From an uncultured Planctomycetota bacterium (lineage in GTDB: Bacteria > Planctomycetota > Planctomycetia > Isosphaerales > Isosphaeraceae): a DNA stretch of 64,000 bases. Of the stretch, positions 1-10,640 are shown one piece after another. A program made the translations under genes and the position numbers. The DNA is taken from contig CAWGMQ010000005.1 of NCBI GenBank assembly GCA_963823665.1, forward strand, positions 832,001 to 896,000, written 5' to 3'. The notes beneath the pieces are model-generated. The model saw nothing but the letters and a program-made list of their open reading frames with translations. It did no database searches and was not told the origin of the DNA. The first letter of the stretch is position 1. The number at the start of each line of letters is the position of its first letter.

Positions 1-1
1 C

Positions 2-88
2 CGCCAGTCCGCCACGGACCTGGGCCGCGAGCGCTACTTCCAGGGCACCGGCATGCTCGACGTCCTCCGAGCGATTCAATCGGTCTGA
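2..88 (+). CDS. C-terminal end of an S8 (subtilisin-like) serine peptidase, partial at the window edge
   Basis: Frame 2 reads RQSATDLGRERYFQGTGMLDVLRAIQSV*, matching the typical subtilase C-terminal 'A.DLG....QG.G..D' motif. Confidence 0.7.
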   Translation, partial: RQSATDLGRERYFQGTGMLDVLRAIQSV

Positions 89-148
89 CATAATCACCTA
101 TGTAATTCACCCGGACATCGCCACTCGGAACCGGGAAAGGAGCTCTTC

Positions 149-1306
149 ATGGCGTATTTCACTCTCGAAGCACTTCAGGCCGAGCACGGTGACTCGTTGA
201 TGCTCCATTTCGGAAAGGCCGCCAAGCCCGGCCTGATCGTCATCGATGGCGGCCCGAGCGGCGTCTACAACAAAACGCTCAAGGCCCGCCTCGCCGCGCT
301 CAAGGCGGCCTACTCACCCGACGACAGCCTCGCCATTCCGCTCATGATGGTGAGCCACATCGACGACGATCACATTCATGGCATTCTCGACCTGCTCAAC
401 GAGCTGGTCAAGGCTGACAAGCTCGGCAACCCGCTTCCTTATACCATCCGCACACTCTGGCATAATAGCTTCGAGGCGATCGTCGGCGACAGTGCCAAGA
501 AGCTCTCGGCCTCGATCGACACCGCCTCTCTGCAAACCGCGTCCGCCGGCGATCCGGTGCCGGACCTGCCGCTAACGCACGGCGGTGCGCTCGTACTGGC
601 CAGCGTGGCCCAGGGAAACAAAGTACGCGAGGCCGCCAAGGCCCTTGGCCTGAAGCTGAACAACCCGTTCACGGAGCTGGTGACGGCCCCCGCTCAAGGC
701 GCCAAGGACGTGGATATGGGCGACGGACTCACGTTCACTGTCCTCGGCCCGAGCGGCCCCCGCGTTGACGCACTTAGAAAAGATTGGTTGGAGAAGATCG
801 CGAAACCAAAGAAGGTTGATAAGGCGAAAGCCGCCGAGTTCGTCGACAACTCGGTCTACAACCTTTCGAGCATAGTGGTCCTGGCTCGCTCCGGTAAGCG
901 CCGAATGCTCCTGACCGGTGACGGCCGCGGTGACTTCATGATCGAGAACCTAAAAACGGCAGGCCTGCTCGTTGGCGGCAAACTCAAGCTCGACTTGCTC
1001 AAGCTTCCCCACCATGGCAGCTCTCGCGACATCGCGGAGGAATTCTTCGAGACGATCGTCGCCGATCAGTACGTCATCTCGGCCAACGGCAAGTACGACA
1101 ACCCTGATCTCGAAACGCTGGAGCTGCTCACCAAGGTCCGCGGCAAGGACCCGTACACCATCCATCTGACCAACCCGATTCCGCACGCGCTCAAGTTCTT
1201 CGATCAGGACAAGGCCAAGAACAAGGGGCGGAAGTACAAGGTGGTCGTTCGCGAAAATAAGGCGCCGTCTGTGAAAGTCGAGCTCGCCGATGCGTTCCCG
1301 CATTGA
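149..1306 (+). CDS. MBL-fold metallo-hydrolase (ComEC/Rec2-like)
   Basis: Motifs HGDS, IDGG, SHIDDDHIHG, LTGD and KLPHHGS; RBS GGAG upstream. Confidence 0.85.
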   Translation: MAYFTLEALQAEHGDSLMLHFGKAAKPGLIVIDGGPSGVYNKTLKARLAALKAAYSPDDSLAIPLMMVSHIDDDHIHGILDLLNELVKADKLGNPLPYTIRTLWHNSFEAIVGDSAKKLSASIDTASLQTASAGDPVPDLPLTHGGALVLASVAQGNKVREAAKALGLKLNNPFTELVTAPAQGAKDVDMGDGLTFTVLGPSGPRVDALRKDWLEKIAKPKKVDKAKAAEFVDNSVYNLSSIVVLARSGKRRMLLTGDGRGDFMIENLKTAGLLVGGKLKLDLLKLPHHGSSRDIAEEFFETIVADQYVISANGKYDNPDLETLELLTKVRGKDPYTIHLTNPIPHALKFFDQDKAKNKGRKYKVVVRENKAPSVKVELADAFPH

Positions 1307-1356
1307 GGCTGGATCTCAGAGCGCGGAACGTCCCGAGCGTGCACTTGATCAATCAG

Positions 1357-1426
1357 CAGGGGCGCAAGGATTTGAACCCTGTCCGCGAGTTTTGGAGGCT
1401 CGCTGCTCTCCCAGGAGCACGCCCCT
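1357..1426 (-). tRNA. tRNA-Trp(CCA)
   Basis: Acceptor AGGGGCG/CGCCCCT, anticodon loop CT-CCA-AA, T-loop GGTTCAAATCC; D-arm is reduced. Confidence 0.85.
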
Positions 1427-1472
1427 GTCGTTCGGTCAGTCAGGAAAAGCAAAGCAGCCGGCGGGCGGGCGA

Positions 1473-2075
1473 TCATGCCATCGCCATCGCCGGCTCGTGC
1501 TTCAGGAACCGAGACCAGCTCTCAATCGGCGCATGCCCGGCCGCGTAGAACGGCTTCCACTCTGGCCGGACCGGCCGGCGCTTCAGACGCATCCCGGCTT
1601 GCTCGGGCGTGCGGTCGCCCTTCCTTGTGTTGCACTCCAGGCAGGCGGCGGCGCAGTTCGTCCAGTTCGTCAATCCGCCCTGCGAGCGCGGCAGGATGTG
1701 GTCGATCGTGATCGAATCGGCCCCCGGCTGCGCTCCGCAGTACTGGCAGACGTAATGATCACGCTTGGCCACGTTTCGCCGGCTGAACGTCACCGAAGTG
1801 CCGGGTAGCCGATCGAAATGCGCCAGGCAGATCACTTCCGGCACCTTGAGCCGCAGCCTGGCCGAGCGGATGCACGGAGCATCGTCGTCCGGCTCGAGCT
1901 GAACCCAGTCGTCCCACGAGAAGAGCCGGTAGTCCTCCGTGTCGACCACCCGGGCCGCGTCAGTACAAAGCAGGACCACCGCCCGGGCCACGCTCGCAAC
2001 GTGGACCGGCTGCCATTGCCGGTTCAAGACCAGCGTCGGTTGGGCCAAAACGTCAGTCGCCATCGTTGCCTCCAT
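1473..2075 (-). CDS. HNH endonuclease embedded in the tRNA array
   Basis: N-terminal 'TLVLN..W.P' plus RD..CQYCG..TIDHILP.SQGG...N...C..CN..K motif. Confidence 0.9.
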   Translation of the reverse strand: MEATMATDVLAQPTLVLNRQWQPVHVASVARAVVLLCTDAARVVDTEDYRLFSWDDWVQLEPDDDAPCIRSARLRLKVPEVICLAHFDRLPGTSVTFSRRNVAKRDHYVCQYCGAQPGADSITIDHILPRSQGGLTNWTNCAAACLECNTRKGDRTPEQAGMRLKRRPVRPEWKPFYAAGHAPIESWSRFLKHEPAMAMA

Positions 2076-2091
2076 CCTGACGAAAACAGAG

Positions 2092-2164
2092 GGTGCCCGG
2101 CGGGAGTTGAACCCGGCGCCTTGAGACTCACAATCTCACATGCTTCCGTTACACCACGGGTACC
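2092..2164 (-). tRNA. tRNA-His(GTG)
   Basis: TGAGA-TT-GTG-AG-TCTCA anticodon arm, G-1:C73 pair, GGTTCAACTCC T-arm. Confidence 0.9.
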
Positions 2165-2207
2165 ATCTCTCAATACGACCGCTTTCCTCGAGTCGTTCAC
2201 CCGAGAG

Positions 2208-2291
2208 CGGAAGGGGCGGGAGTCGAACCCGCAAGGCTCATCGCTCACCCGCGTTCCAGGCGGGCCCCGTCACCTTTCGGGTGGCCCTTCC
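2208..2291 (-). tRNA. tRNA-Ser(GGA)
   Basis: CCCGC-CT-GGA-AC-GCGGG anticodon arm, long variable arm, acceptor GGAAGGG/CCCTTCC. Confidence 0.9.
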
Positions 2292-2357
2292 GAAGAAATG
2301 GATGCACATCGGGCCGCGGAGGTTCGCCCTGCGGATCACCGAAGTTCGACAGCGACC

Positions 2358-3116
2358 TCAGCCGCGAGATCGCAATCCCTCGAGCAGCCGCTTCGCCGCG
2401 CCGGCCAGGAAGAGCGTATCGACCCCGGCCGCGATCAGCGTGTAGCCCCGTTCGATGTACGGCCGGATTGCTTCAGCCGAGACGCCAAAGTACCCGAGCG
2501 GCATTCCGGCGCTTTGACATGCCCTGGTTACATGCTCGATCGCGCTCGTCACGACGGGATCGTCGATCTGGCCCATCTTTCCCAGGCTGGACGCAAGATC
2601 GTAGGGACCGATCAGGATCGCGTCGATCCCCTCAACCTTCACGATCGATTCAATGTTCTCTACGGCGCGCACATGCTCAGCCTGGACGATCACCGCGATT
2701 CGGTCGTTTGCTGTCCCCAGGTACTGCCCAAAACGCATGCCGTAGCCGTGGGCCCGCGAAAGACCCACGCCGCGCGAGCCCAGAGGGGAATATCGCGCGA
2801 ATCGCACGACGCTCGAGGCTTGTTCGACCGTATTGACCTGAGGGACGATGATCCCCTCGGCCCCTTGGTCCAGGATCTTCTTGATCGGACCTTCGTCCGA
2901 ACCCGGCACGCGGACAATGCACGCAATCCGGTCACCCACCGCCTGAAGCATCGCCAGAATCTCGGCGGTTTCGAGGGGCCCATGCTCGCCGTCGATGAAG
3001 AGCCAGTCAAAACCGAGATCGGCGAGGATTTCCGCGATAGCGGCCAAGGGTAGCGTGACCATGCTGCCCAGCAGGGTTTCACCGGCTTTCAGTCGTTTGC
3101 GAAAAGTGCCAAGCAT
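2358..3116 (-). CDS. HpcH/HpaI aldolase family protein
   Basis: GFDWLFIDGEHG, IVRVP, RYSPLGSRG and IGPYDL motifs; ATG at 3116 preferred as start. Confidence 0.9.
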   Translation of the reverse strand: MLGTFRKRLKAGETLLGSMVTLPLAAIAEILADLGFDWLFIDGEHGPLETAEILAMLQAVGDRIACIVRVPGSDEGPIKKILDQGAEGIIVPQVNTVEQASSVVRFARYSPLGSRGVGLSRAHGYGMRFGQYLGTANDRIAVIVQAEHVRAVENIESIVKVEGIDAILIGPYDLASSLGKMGQIDDPVVTSAIEHVTRACQSAGMPLGYFGVSAEAIRPYIERGYTLIAAGVDTLFLAGAAKRLLEGLRSRG

Positions 3117-3215
3117 TCGCGTTTGCGTCCCCTTTGCTCGAGAGATGGACCCACGGAGTATGGACTGCCCACGGAGGCGATTCAAGGCGTCTGTGTCGAA
3201 CCGCAGAACAATCGA

Positions 3216-4033
3216 TTAGCGGGCAGACGCGAGCAACCCGGCCGGTTTTGCGGCTGTCGCGAAATAACGATGCGGCGTGGTCCCCAGCGTGCGCTTGAAC
3301 ATCGCGATGAAGGCGCTCGGGCTGTCATAGCCAACTTCGAGCGCGACAGCCGTGACCGGCCGCCCGGCCGCCAGCAATTGCATGGCTTGCAACAGCCGAA
3401 GCTGTTGCCGCCACCTGCCGAACGTCATACCGGTTTCTTGCAGAAACAGACGCTCGAGCGTCCTGGCGCTCGTGCAGGCCTGCCTGGCCACGGATCTGAT
3501 GGGGCCCTGGTCCGCGGGGTGCGCCCGCAGCCATGCGACTGCGCGCTGGCGCGCTCATCCGCGGGCAAGGGAAGCTGCAGGGCGATGGCGGGCAGTACGC
3601 TCAGTTGATCGATCAGGAATCCGATCAGCCGGGCCCGCGACGGGACGGTCACGTCCAGATTTCCCAGCTTTACCGAATGCACGATCAATTCCCGGAGGAG
3701 CGGGGAAACATTTACGGCGCAGCAGTCGCGGGGCAATTCGTCGGAAATGCCGACGGCAAGATAAACCGTCTGCACCAGCACCTTGGCGGTCAGCTCGATA
3801 CCGTGCTCAACCCCGGCGGGAACCCAGACCGCGCGATTGGGTGGCACCACCCAGTCGCCTTGTGCCGTGTGCACCCACATCACGCCCTCGCTGGCGTAGA
3901 TCAATTGATGCCAGTCGTGCGCATGCGACGCGATCACGTGATCGTGGAAATGCCGGACCGAAAAGGTGCGAACAACGATCGGGCTCCCTCTGTCGTTTTT
4001 CACCGGGCCGACTGTTTGGCGTTTTTTCGACAT
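3216..4033 (-). CDS. AraC-family regulator (cupin + HTH), frameshifted near 3545
   Basis: Cupin HAHDWHQLIYA in one frame, HTH 'RTLERLF..ETGMTF..WRQQLRL...VGY.S.SAF' in another; the shift sits at a GCGC run. Confidence 0.85.
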
Positions 4034-4128
4034 AAACTGGCATTCTATCGAGAGACGCGCGGCCGCTCAACCGGTTAAGATTGCGGGCGGCGGTCGAGAA
4101 AACGCTCAAGAAACCGAAACTTGGGACC

Positions 4129-4523
4129 ATGAGTATGTCGAACAACATCGCGTTCTTCTCCGTGCACGCCGATGATCTGGCGCGGCGCAGAAGTTCTACG
4201 GAACCGTCTTCGGATGGAAGTTCGAGCCCTGGGGCCCGCCGGGCTTCTTCCTGGTTGCCACCGGCGCCCAGAACGACCCGGGAATCCAGGGCTCGATGCA
4301 GAAGCGCCAGGAGGTCGTGCCGGGCAAGCGTCTCTTTGGCTTTGAATGCACCATTGCGGTCGACGACATCGACGCGGCGACGGCCGCCGTGGTCGCTAAC
4401 GGTGGAACGATCATCTTTCCAAAATTTGAGATTCCAACAGTGGGATGGATCGCCAAGATCGAGGATCCTGAGGGCAATATCCTCTGCATGAAGCAGCTGG
4501 CGCCCGAGCATTCCCAGACGTAG
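4129..4523 (+). CDS. VOC/glyoxalase family protein, frameshifted near 4185
   Basis: Joined reading MSMSNNIAFFSVHADDLAR/AQKFYGTVFGWKF...AVDDID...GG.II...IPTVG...DPEGN. Confidence 0.8.
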
Positions 4524-4584
4524 GCTGATTTCAGCGGGCGGCAAGTTTAGAAATCGATATTCGCTATTTCCGCGGAGGTGGGCC

Positions 4585-5433
4585 GTGTTGCTGTCTTTTT
4601 GGCTCTTACCGGTTGCCTGTGTTTTCGTCGGTCCTCAGAAGAATCCAGACGCTGCCACCGAGGAGCACGCTCGGTTTGAGGGTGTCTGGCAGTTCGCGGC
4701 GGTCGAGGTCGAGGGCAAGAAGCAGCCCGACGCACCGTTCGCGACCAACAGAATCATCATCCACGCAGATGGCTCGTACGTCGTTGTTCAAGGCTCGCGG
4801 ATCACGCGGGGCCAATTCAAGGTTGACCCGACGAAGTCACCAAAGCACTTCGATGTCACCATCACCGACGGCCCGGCGAAGGGCCAGACGTTCGCGGCGA
4901 TTTATGAGCTCGAGGGCGATACCTACCAGTTTTGCGGGTCCCTCCGCAGTAAGGACCGGCCATCGGACCTATCGTCGAAACCGGGTAGCGGCACGATTCT
5001 TCAAACTCTGAAACGCGAAAAATTGTCCGTGAAGCAGGCCCTCTCCGAGCTGGGCCGCCAGGAATTGACCGGAACCTGGGAGCCAGTCTCGAAGATTAAC
5101 GACGGGAAAAAAGAACCCGACGATCGGGCAAAGCTTGTTATTGACTCAAGTGGCGAGGCCAAGCTTCTTGTTGGAGACCTGGACGTGCGGCGTGGCATGA
5201 CGGATATCGACCCGATGGCAAAGCCGATGACCATCGACATGATCTGGAAGACCGCCGACCGCGAGGGCAACAAGACCCGCGGCATCTACAAGGTCGAAGG
5301 AGACCGACTGACCATCTGTTTCGCGGCCATCGGCAAGGAACGACCAAAAGAATTCTCATCCGAGCCTGGGTCTGGCAATGAGCTCGTGACGTACGAGCGA
5401 GCGAAGATTACAGAGCGAAAGAAGGAACGCTGA
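4585..5433 (+). CDS. Secreted protein with two planctomycete TIGR03067 domains
   Basis: Two 'G.W....DP.K.PK..D......GIY.LEGD.L.IC....RP.EF' units; hydrophobic N-terminus. Confidence 0.85.
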   Translation: MLLSFWLLPVACVFVGPQKNPDAATEEHARFEGVWQFAAVEVEGKKQPDAPFATNRIIIHADGSYVVVQGSRITRGQFKVDPTKSPKHFDVTITDGPAKGQTFAAIYELEGDTYQFCGSLRSKDRPSDLSSKPGSGTILQTLKREKLSVKQALSELGRQELTGTWEPVSKINDGKKEPDDRAKLVIDSSGEAKLLVGDLDVRRGMTDIDPMAKPMTIDMIWKTADREGNKTRGIYKVEGDRLTICFAAIGKERPKEFSSEPGSGNELVTYERAKITERKKER

Positions 5434-5456
5434 CGAGCGGCGCGGTGGCGCGAATC

Positions 5457-5478
5457 GTCAGGCTAAAGCCTGACCTAC
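5457..5478. repeat. GTAG-type REP palindrome (further copies at 25752-25773 and 26857-26878)
   Basis: GTCAGGCTAAAGCCTGACCTAC is the reverse complement of GTAG-GTCAGGC-TTTA-GCCTGAC. Confidence 0.75.
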
Positions 5479-5480
5479 GA

Positions 5481-6860
5481 TCATCGTCCTTCCAGAGCCC
5501 GTAGCCGTCCGGAGGGCACGGCCTCGGCCCTGAGGTCGCCGTAGATCACCTCGTAGCTGCCGTCGGGCAGCTTCCAGCGGAGGAGGACCTTGTCCTTGTC
5601 GCCGGGCCCAACCGCCTTGCCGTAGTACGCGGCGTCGGCGTTGTCGCGGAGGATGGAGTTGATCGTGGCAAAGCCCCAGGTTGCGTCGTTAACCTCCTTG
5701 ACGCGGGCGTCCTTGAAGTCGGCTTCCGTACGCGGCGGATAGGGCGCGCCACTGAGCTTCGCGAGCTCGTCGCGGGTGACATCGCCGTAAAGCATCTTCA
5801 CCCGGGGATAATGCCCGCCGCTGTACTTGGCGTAGAGCCTGAGCCCGTCGTTGATCTTCCGGACCTGGTCATCGACCGGCGATGCCGGCGGCACGAACTC
5901 GGCGTATCCTTCCGGCGGCGATGGATCGAAGAGCTTGGGGTCCAGGTCGACGTTCCATCGGAAATTCGTCATCCGGATCGTGGCCGGAACGCCGGACGTG
6001 TTCATCTCGTAGCGGATGGAGACGGGCAAGTTGGACTGGGCGTCGACCCAGATTTCCATGAGGCCGGAATAGACGTCGGGGTCGATCTTCCGGGCCTGAA
6101 TCGCGAACCCCTTGGCGGTCTTGCCATCGATTTCCTTGGTGCCCAGGACGCGGTCGGCCTGGCCGGAGAAAGTGCTCAATTTATCAATCATCATCAGGGA
6201 CGAGATCTGACCTAGCCGCGCGGGCTGCCGCGTGTACTTCTTGGCCTTGCGGTCGATCTCGATCCCGGGCTTGCCGGCCGGGAAGATCATCAGGGAATCC
6301 AGCCCCGGTATGGCGCCGCCCCCCGTGGTTTCGGTCCGGTACGATCCTGGCGCGACCCACGAGAACTTGCCGTTCATCTCGGTCTTGGCCGGGGGCTTAC
6401 CGGGCTCGTGCGCCAGGCTCAACTCCATGGTCATCGTGTACTCGTACGATCGGGCCTGGCGAATCGTCTCGGCAAGGCCGTCCATCGCAAATGCAGGATT
6501 GGGGGCTGTTCCAATCCAGATCACGGCGGCCGCCACGATGATCATCGCCGACGCCGCCCCTCCCACAACAAATCGCTGCTTCATGGTCAGGTCTCCGATC
6601 CAGGGGATTCCCAGTTTCCACCGCCCGAACGATCTTGGTCGAGGATGTACCTTTGGCAGGCTGGCCAGCAGTCGCGCACGCGCCTGGTCGTGCCCGTGGT
6701 CGAACGCCTCGTGGCCCTCGCCCAGTTGACAAACCAGCGACCGCATCGACTCGAGCGCTGCCTGACACTGGATACAGCCGCGGAGATGTGCGGACGAGAC
6801 CGGGTCGCTTTCCAATCCCAGCGCGATTCTCGCCAGGTGTTCTGGGGACAGGCACGGCAT
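5481..6860 (-). CDS. Putative anti-sigma factor (zinc-finger HxxxCxxC, TM helix, LolA-like extracytoplasmic domain)
   Basis: HLRGCIQC motif, TM segment; lies directly downstream of an ECF sigma gene. Confidence 0.75.
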   Translation of the reverse strand: MPCLSPEHLARIALGLESDPVSSAHLRGCIQCQAALESMRSLVCQLGEGHEAFDHGHDQARARLLASLPKVHPRPRSFGRWKLGIPWIGDLTMKQRFVVGGAASAMIIVAAAVIWIGTAPNPAFAMDGLAETIRQARSYEYTMTMELSLAHEPGKPPAKTEMNGKFSWVAPGSYRTETTGGGAIPGLDSLMIFPAGKPGIEIDRKAKKYTRQPARLGQISSLMMIDKLSTFSGQADRVLGTKEIDGKTAKGFAIQARKIDPDVYSGLMEIWVDAQSNLPVSIRYEMNTSGVPATIRMTNFRWNVDLDPKLFDPSPPEGYAEFVPPASPVDDQVRKINDGLRLYAKYSGGHYPRVKMLYGDVTRDELAKLSGAPYPPRTEADFKDARVKEVNDATWGFATINSILRDNADAAYYGKAVGPGDKDKVLLRWKLPDGSYEVIYGDLRAEAVPSGRLRALEGR

Positions 6861-6863
6861 GGG

Positions 6864-7466
6864 TCACACCTCCTTTCCCGCGTTCGGGCAGAACTGTACG
6901 GCCAGCCGCGCCAAGGCGCGCTCCAGGACCGCATAGACGCCCGACCGCGAAAGTCCAAGGACCTCGGCGGCTCGCGGGGCGCTTTGCTCCTGAAGGAAGA
7001 AGGCGTGGATTGCCAGCCGTTCTCGTTCGGGAAGCTCCCCGACCAGTCGCATGAGGATCTCAACCTCCTCCGCGGTCTCGACCGCGGCGCTGGGATTGGC
7101 CTTGTCTTCCGCCTGGAGCGAATCGTTGGCGACGAACCGATGCCGCTCGCGCCGGACCTTCCGCCGGTGCTCTCGAGCCACCAGCCGTGCGATGCCGACA
7201 AGCCACGCCCCGAACCGATCGGGCTGCCGCAGCCGCCCGAGGTCCCGGTACGCCCGCAGGAAACACTCCTGGGTCAGGTCGCTGGTGCTCGGGGAGCTTG
7301 CCGACACCCGGTGCACGACGGCCCGGACCAGGCGTGCGTAGCGGTCGTAGAGGCAGCCGAACGCGTCGGCGTCGCCGGAGCGAATTCGCGCCACCAGTTC
7401 CACATCAGGAGGTTGGTTGGTCCGCAACATCAGAAGACTAGTGACCGCAGGCGGAGGATTGTCCAC
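6864..7466 (-). CDS. ECF RNA polymerase sigma factor
   Basis: GDADAF..LYDRY, DLTQECFLRAY, FGAWL and region 4 LPERER. Confidence 0.9.
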   Translation of the reverse strand: MDNPPPAVTSLLMLRTNQPPDVELVARIRSGDADAFGCLYDRYARLVRAVVHRVSASSPSTSDLTQECFLRAYRDLGRLRQPDRFGAWLVGIARLVAREHRRKVRRERHRFVANDSLQAEDKANPSAAVETAEEVEILMRLVGELPERERLAIHAFFLQEQSAPRAAEVLGLSRSGVYAVLERALARLAVQFCPNAGKEV

Positions 7467-7680
7467 TACCCATCGTTCGATTATGGTCGTTTGCCGTCGG
7501 AAAGCCCGGCCTCTCGCGTTGAGCGCGAAATGGGGGCTTCAGGAAAACGGCCGACCATCCCTGAAGGGAATGGCGCCGTGGCCAGGGCCTTGTCCGGTGG
7601 GCTGAGGAGCCACGGGCAGCGCGTCTCCGCAACGGAGCGAGCGATTAGGGTAGAGGCCATGGACACCGTTAGGCGAGCGG

Positions 7681-8012
7681 CAGGAATTAGTTTACCTTCC
7701 GCTGAGTGAGTCGCGGTTTGATTTTGGTGTCGTAGTGCGATAGAGCGGCCGATCGTTCCAATCGTGCTTCGACCTGTTTCATCTCCTTGGCGGGGACCCG
7801 CACGCCGTCGGGATACTCACCGTGCAGGCGCTTGACTGTTGGGTGTTGACCCCTCCAGGTCATGCGCAGCGCGCGTTGCAGAACCACCTTCAGGCAGTTG
7901 AGTATCACACCGTTCCATTTCTTCTCCAGTGCCGACCAGCAGCGTTCGATCGGATTGTACTTGCTGTGGTAGGGCGGATAGTACACCAAGCGCAACTCCA
8001 ACCCGGCCCAGG
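7681..8012 (-). pseudogene. 3' remnant of an ISAzo13-family transposase with its right end
   Basis: LVYYPPYHSKYNPIERCWSALEKKWNG motif; N-terminal part is absent. Confidence 0.75.
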
Positions 8013-8142
8013 AGGCGACGTCCGGTATGACTGGGAATGGAGCAACGGGGTCAACCAAGAAAGGGAATTCTCCGCAAAAGTTGTACTGACGACCCGGCTC
8101 CGAGACACTACTGACAAAGAGCAGCCATCTCTGGAGCGGCAC

Positions 8143-9807
8143 ATGCGTATATCAGGCCGAGAGTCGGGTGTCCTCACACATGATTTTCGGATGCTGTTTG
8201 GCGTCGGGACATCCGCCGGGTTGACTGACGCGCAATTGTTGAGGCAGTTCGCATCGAATCGCGATCCTGGAGCTCAGGCGGCCTTCGCCGCTCTGGTCGC
8301 GCGGCATGGGCCGATGGTATTGCGTGTATGCGGCACGACCTTGCGCGATCGGACCGACATCGAGGATGCCTTCCAGGCAACCTTCCTCGTCCTGGCCCGC
8401 AAGGCCCGCTCGATCCGCGAGCCTGCTTCCGTTGGTAGTTGGCTCTTTGGGGTGGCTCTTCGCACTGCGTCCAACGCGAGGTTGGCCGCGATTCGCCGGC
8501 GAAGACACGAGCGACAGTGGGCCGCGGCGGCAGCGACGCGGCGGGCCGAAGAAGATGGCGACGATTTCGCGTCAGCACTGTGGGAAGAAGTGGACCGGCT
8601 AGCGGAAAAATACCGAGCACCGGTCGTGCTTTGTTACCTGGAGGGCCTGACGCATGAAGCGGCGGCTCGTCATCTCGGGTGGCCGGTCGGAACTGTCGAA
8701 GGCCGTCTGGCACGGGCACGCGGCGTACTTCGGTCGCGGCTAACCCGGCGCGGCCTGGCACCGGCAATCGGGCTGCTAGGCACGTCCACCTCCGCTCAAG
8801 CAACGCCGACGGCGATCCCGGGCGTGACCGGGGATTCCATGGCCAGACTCGCGATGTTCTTTATCGATGGAAGGACCGTCGCACGTGATCTGGTCCCAAT
8901 CCGGCCGGCCGCACTCGCCAAACAGGTCCTGGGGACCATGTTTCCCACTGTGATCAAGACAGCCGTGACCGTCGTGATGATGGTCATTCTGACAGCGCTC
9001 TGCGCGGGGGCACTCAGTCTTGCGGTTGACGATCCGCGGCCGCTGGGTCAACAAGGAAAAGAAAAGCCAAATACCGCGCCGGCCCCAGCGCAGAACCTTC
9101 GCGTCTTATTCCTCATGAGCAATCAGACCACCTGGGATTACAGGTTTTTCAGGCGGGCGATCACGAATGTCCCCAATATTCAGTGCGAGGCGATCGTGAT
9201 ACGCGAGCCGGCTCGAGAGGGGAAAAACGAAGTCGACGACAAGGAATTCCGTCCCGGGCGATATGACGTTTACATTTTCAACGACATGCCTGCTGCTGCT
9301 TTGCCCCACCGACAACAAGAATTGCTGGTTGCCGCCGTCGAGCGAGGGGCGGGGATGATCATGTTGGGAGGAGAATCCAGCTTCGGCGCTGGCGGTTGGG
9401 CTCAAACGAAGGTTGCTGGCATCTTGCCGACCGAGATTCGGCCTGATGACGGAATGACCAAACAAGGGAATGGCCTGAAACTTATGCTCACGGAGGCGGG
9501 GCAAAAAAGTTGGCTCCTCCAACTCGGCCCCACCGAGGCCGATACGATCAGGCTCTGGGACAAATTACCGCCGTTTCCCTACGTGAACCAGCTTGGACGT
9601 CCCAAAGTAAGGGCTCAGGTTCTGGCCCGAACGACCGGCGGCGAGCCACTTCTGGTGGCCCAGGCCGTCGGGAAAGGTCGCGTATTGGCCTGTGCTGGAG
9701 AGACCTGGATGTGGGCCCGCTCCTCGGATGAAGCTCGATCGATACATCGCAAGTTCTGGGAGAGGGCACTTGCCTGGACCGGCAGTAGCCATATTTCGCC
9801 CGACTGA
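8143..9807 (+). CDS. Planctomycete ECF sigma factor with C-terminal extension (TM + glutamine-amidotransferase-like domain)
   Basis: AFAALVARHGPMV, EDAFQATFLVL and LGWPVGTV motifs; C-terminal GMIMLGGESSFGAGGW and GKGRVLA. Confidence 0.85.
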   Translation: MRISGRESGVLTHDFRMLFGVGTSAGLTDAQLLRQFASNRDPGAQAAFAALVARHGPMVLRVCGTTLRDRTDIEDAFQATFLVLARKARSIREPASVGSWLFGVALRTASNARLAAIRRRRHERQWAAAAATRRAEEDGDDFASALWEEVDRLAEKYRAPVVLCYLEGLTHEAAARHLGWPVGTVEGRLARARGVLRSRLTRRGLAPAIGLLGTSTSAQATPTAIPGVTGDSMARLAMFFIDGRTVARDLVPIRPAALAKQVLGTMFPTVIKTAVTVVMMVILTALCAGALSLAVDDPRPLGQQGKEKPNTAPAPAQNLRVLFLMSNQTTWDYRFFRRAITNVPNIQCEAIVIREPAREGKNEVDDKEFRPGRYDVYIFNDMPAAALPHRQQELLVAAVERGAGMIMLGGESSFGAGGWAQTKVAGILPTEIRPDDGMTKQGNGLKLMLTEAGQKSWLLQLGPTEADTIRLWDKLPPFPYVNQLGRPKVRAQVLARTTGGEPLLVAQAVGKGRVLACAGETWMWARSSDEARSIHRKFWERALAWTGSSHISPD

Positions 9808-10024
9808 GTGTGCGGCTTGCCTCGCCGATCCGGCGCCGGCGATTTGTTGACGAGCTCGACTGACTTCTCGATCAGGATTTCGCCCGTCAGCTCGCCGAGC
9901 GATGTTCGCGAGACTTACGTCGTACTTGAAGAACGCGCTAAGCCAACCGATGCGACCCGTGAAACAGGCGCCTGCCGCACCCACGGATGGGGCACGGCTG
10001 GCGTCTTGGGTTAACTGGTTAAGC

Positions 10025-10640
10025 TTAACCTGCCACGTGTTGCAGCGTCATGCCGTGTGACGCCAGGTTGGCGAACATCTTGGCGAGTAACGCCTCGTCG
10101 AACTCGGGCAGTTTGAATTCCGTCAGCACGTCGGACTCGGGCTCGTAGACCTTGAGCTTGACCGGCTCGGTCTCGGGCTCGGCACCCACGGGTCCGGGCT
10201 CCACGCCCCTGGCCATGGCATGAAGCCGCAGCCCACATCGCGGCGTCAGCCTGGGCGAACCGCTCAGCCAGGGCCGCGACCGGCAGCTTGCCGAGCGGAC
10301 TCGGCTTCGCATCTCGGGGGATTTCCGCCACCGCACTCGGCTCTCGCCCGGGGTTTCTTCTTGTCACTGCTCTTAATCTTTGACCACGACCGCTGCATGT
10401 CGGCCTGATCTATCTTCTCGGCCATTGCTTTTGGCCAAAGCCATCTGCATGTTGTCATCGCCGGCCACGGCCGCCAGCCCGTCTTCGGAGAACTCGCCTT
10501 CGAGGGCCAGAGCCGCCGCCATTTTCTTCGACATTAGATTCATGGCTCGATGCTGGATGGTGTCCTTGTAGTAGAGGTAATACACGTAGCACTCGCGCGG
10601 CTGCCCAATTCGCCAGGCCCTTCGTGCGGCTTGCCGCATG
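10025..10640 (-). pseudogene. C-terminal remnant of an ICE/plasmid-type SNF2-like helicase
   Basis: RQAARRAWRIGQ...YYLYY (helicase motif VI) followed by ALALEG.FS..GL; 5'-truncated and frameshifted. Confidence 0.6.

Noticed and set aside
3216..4523. Programmed frameshifting or true pseudogenes for AraC and VOC
   Set aside because: No slippery sequences; the indels share the GCGC context seen across the window, so systematic error is more likely (unproven)
7822..8142. N-terminal extension of the 661-aa ECF sigma ORF
   Set aside because: It overlaps the antisense ISAzo13 remnant; ATG 8143 with an upstream GGAG is the better start
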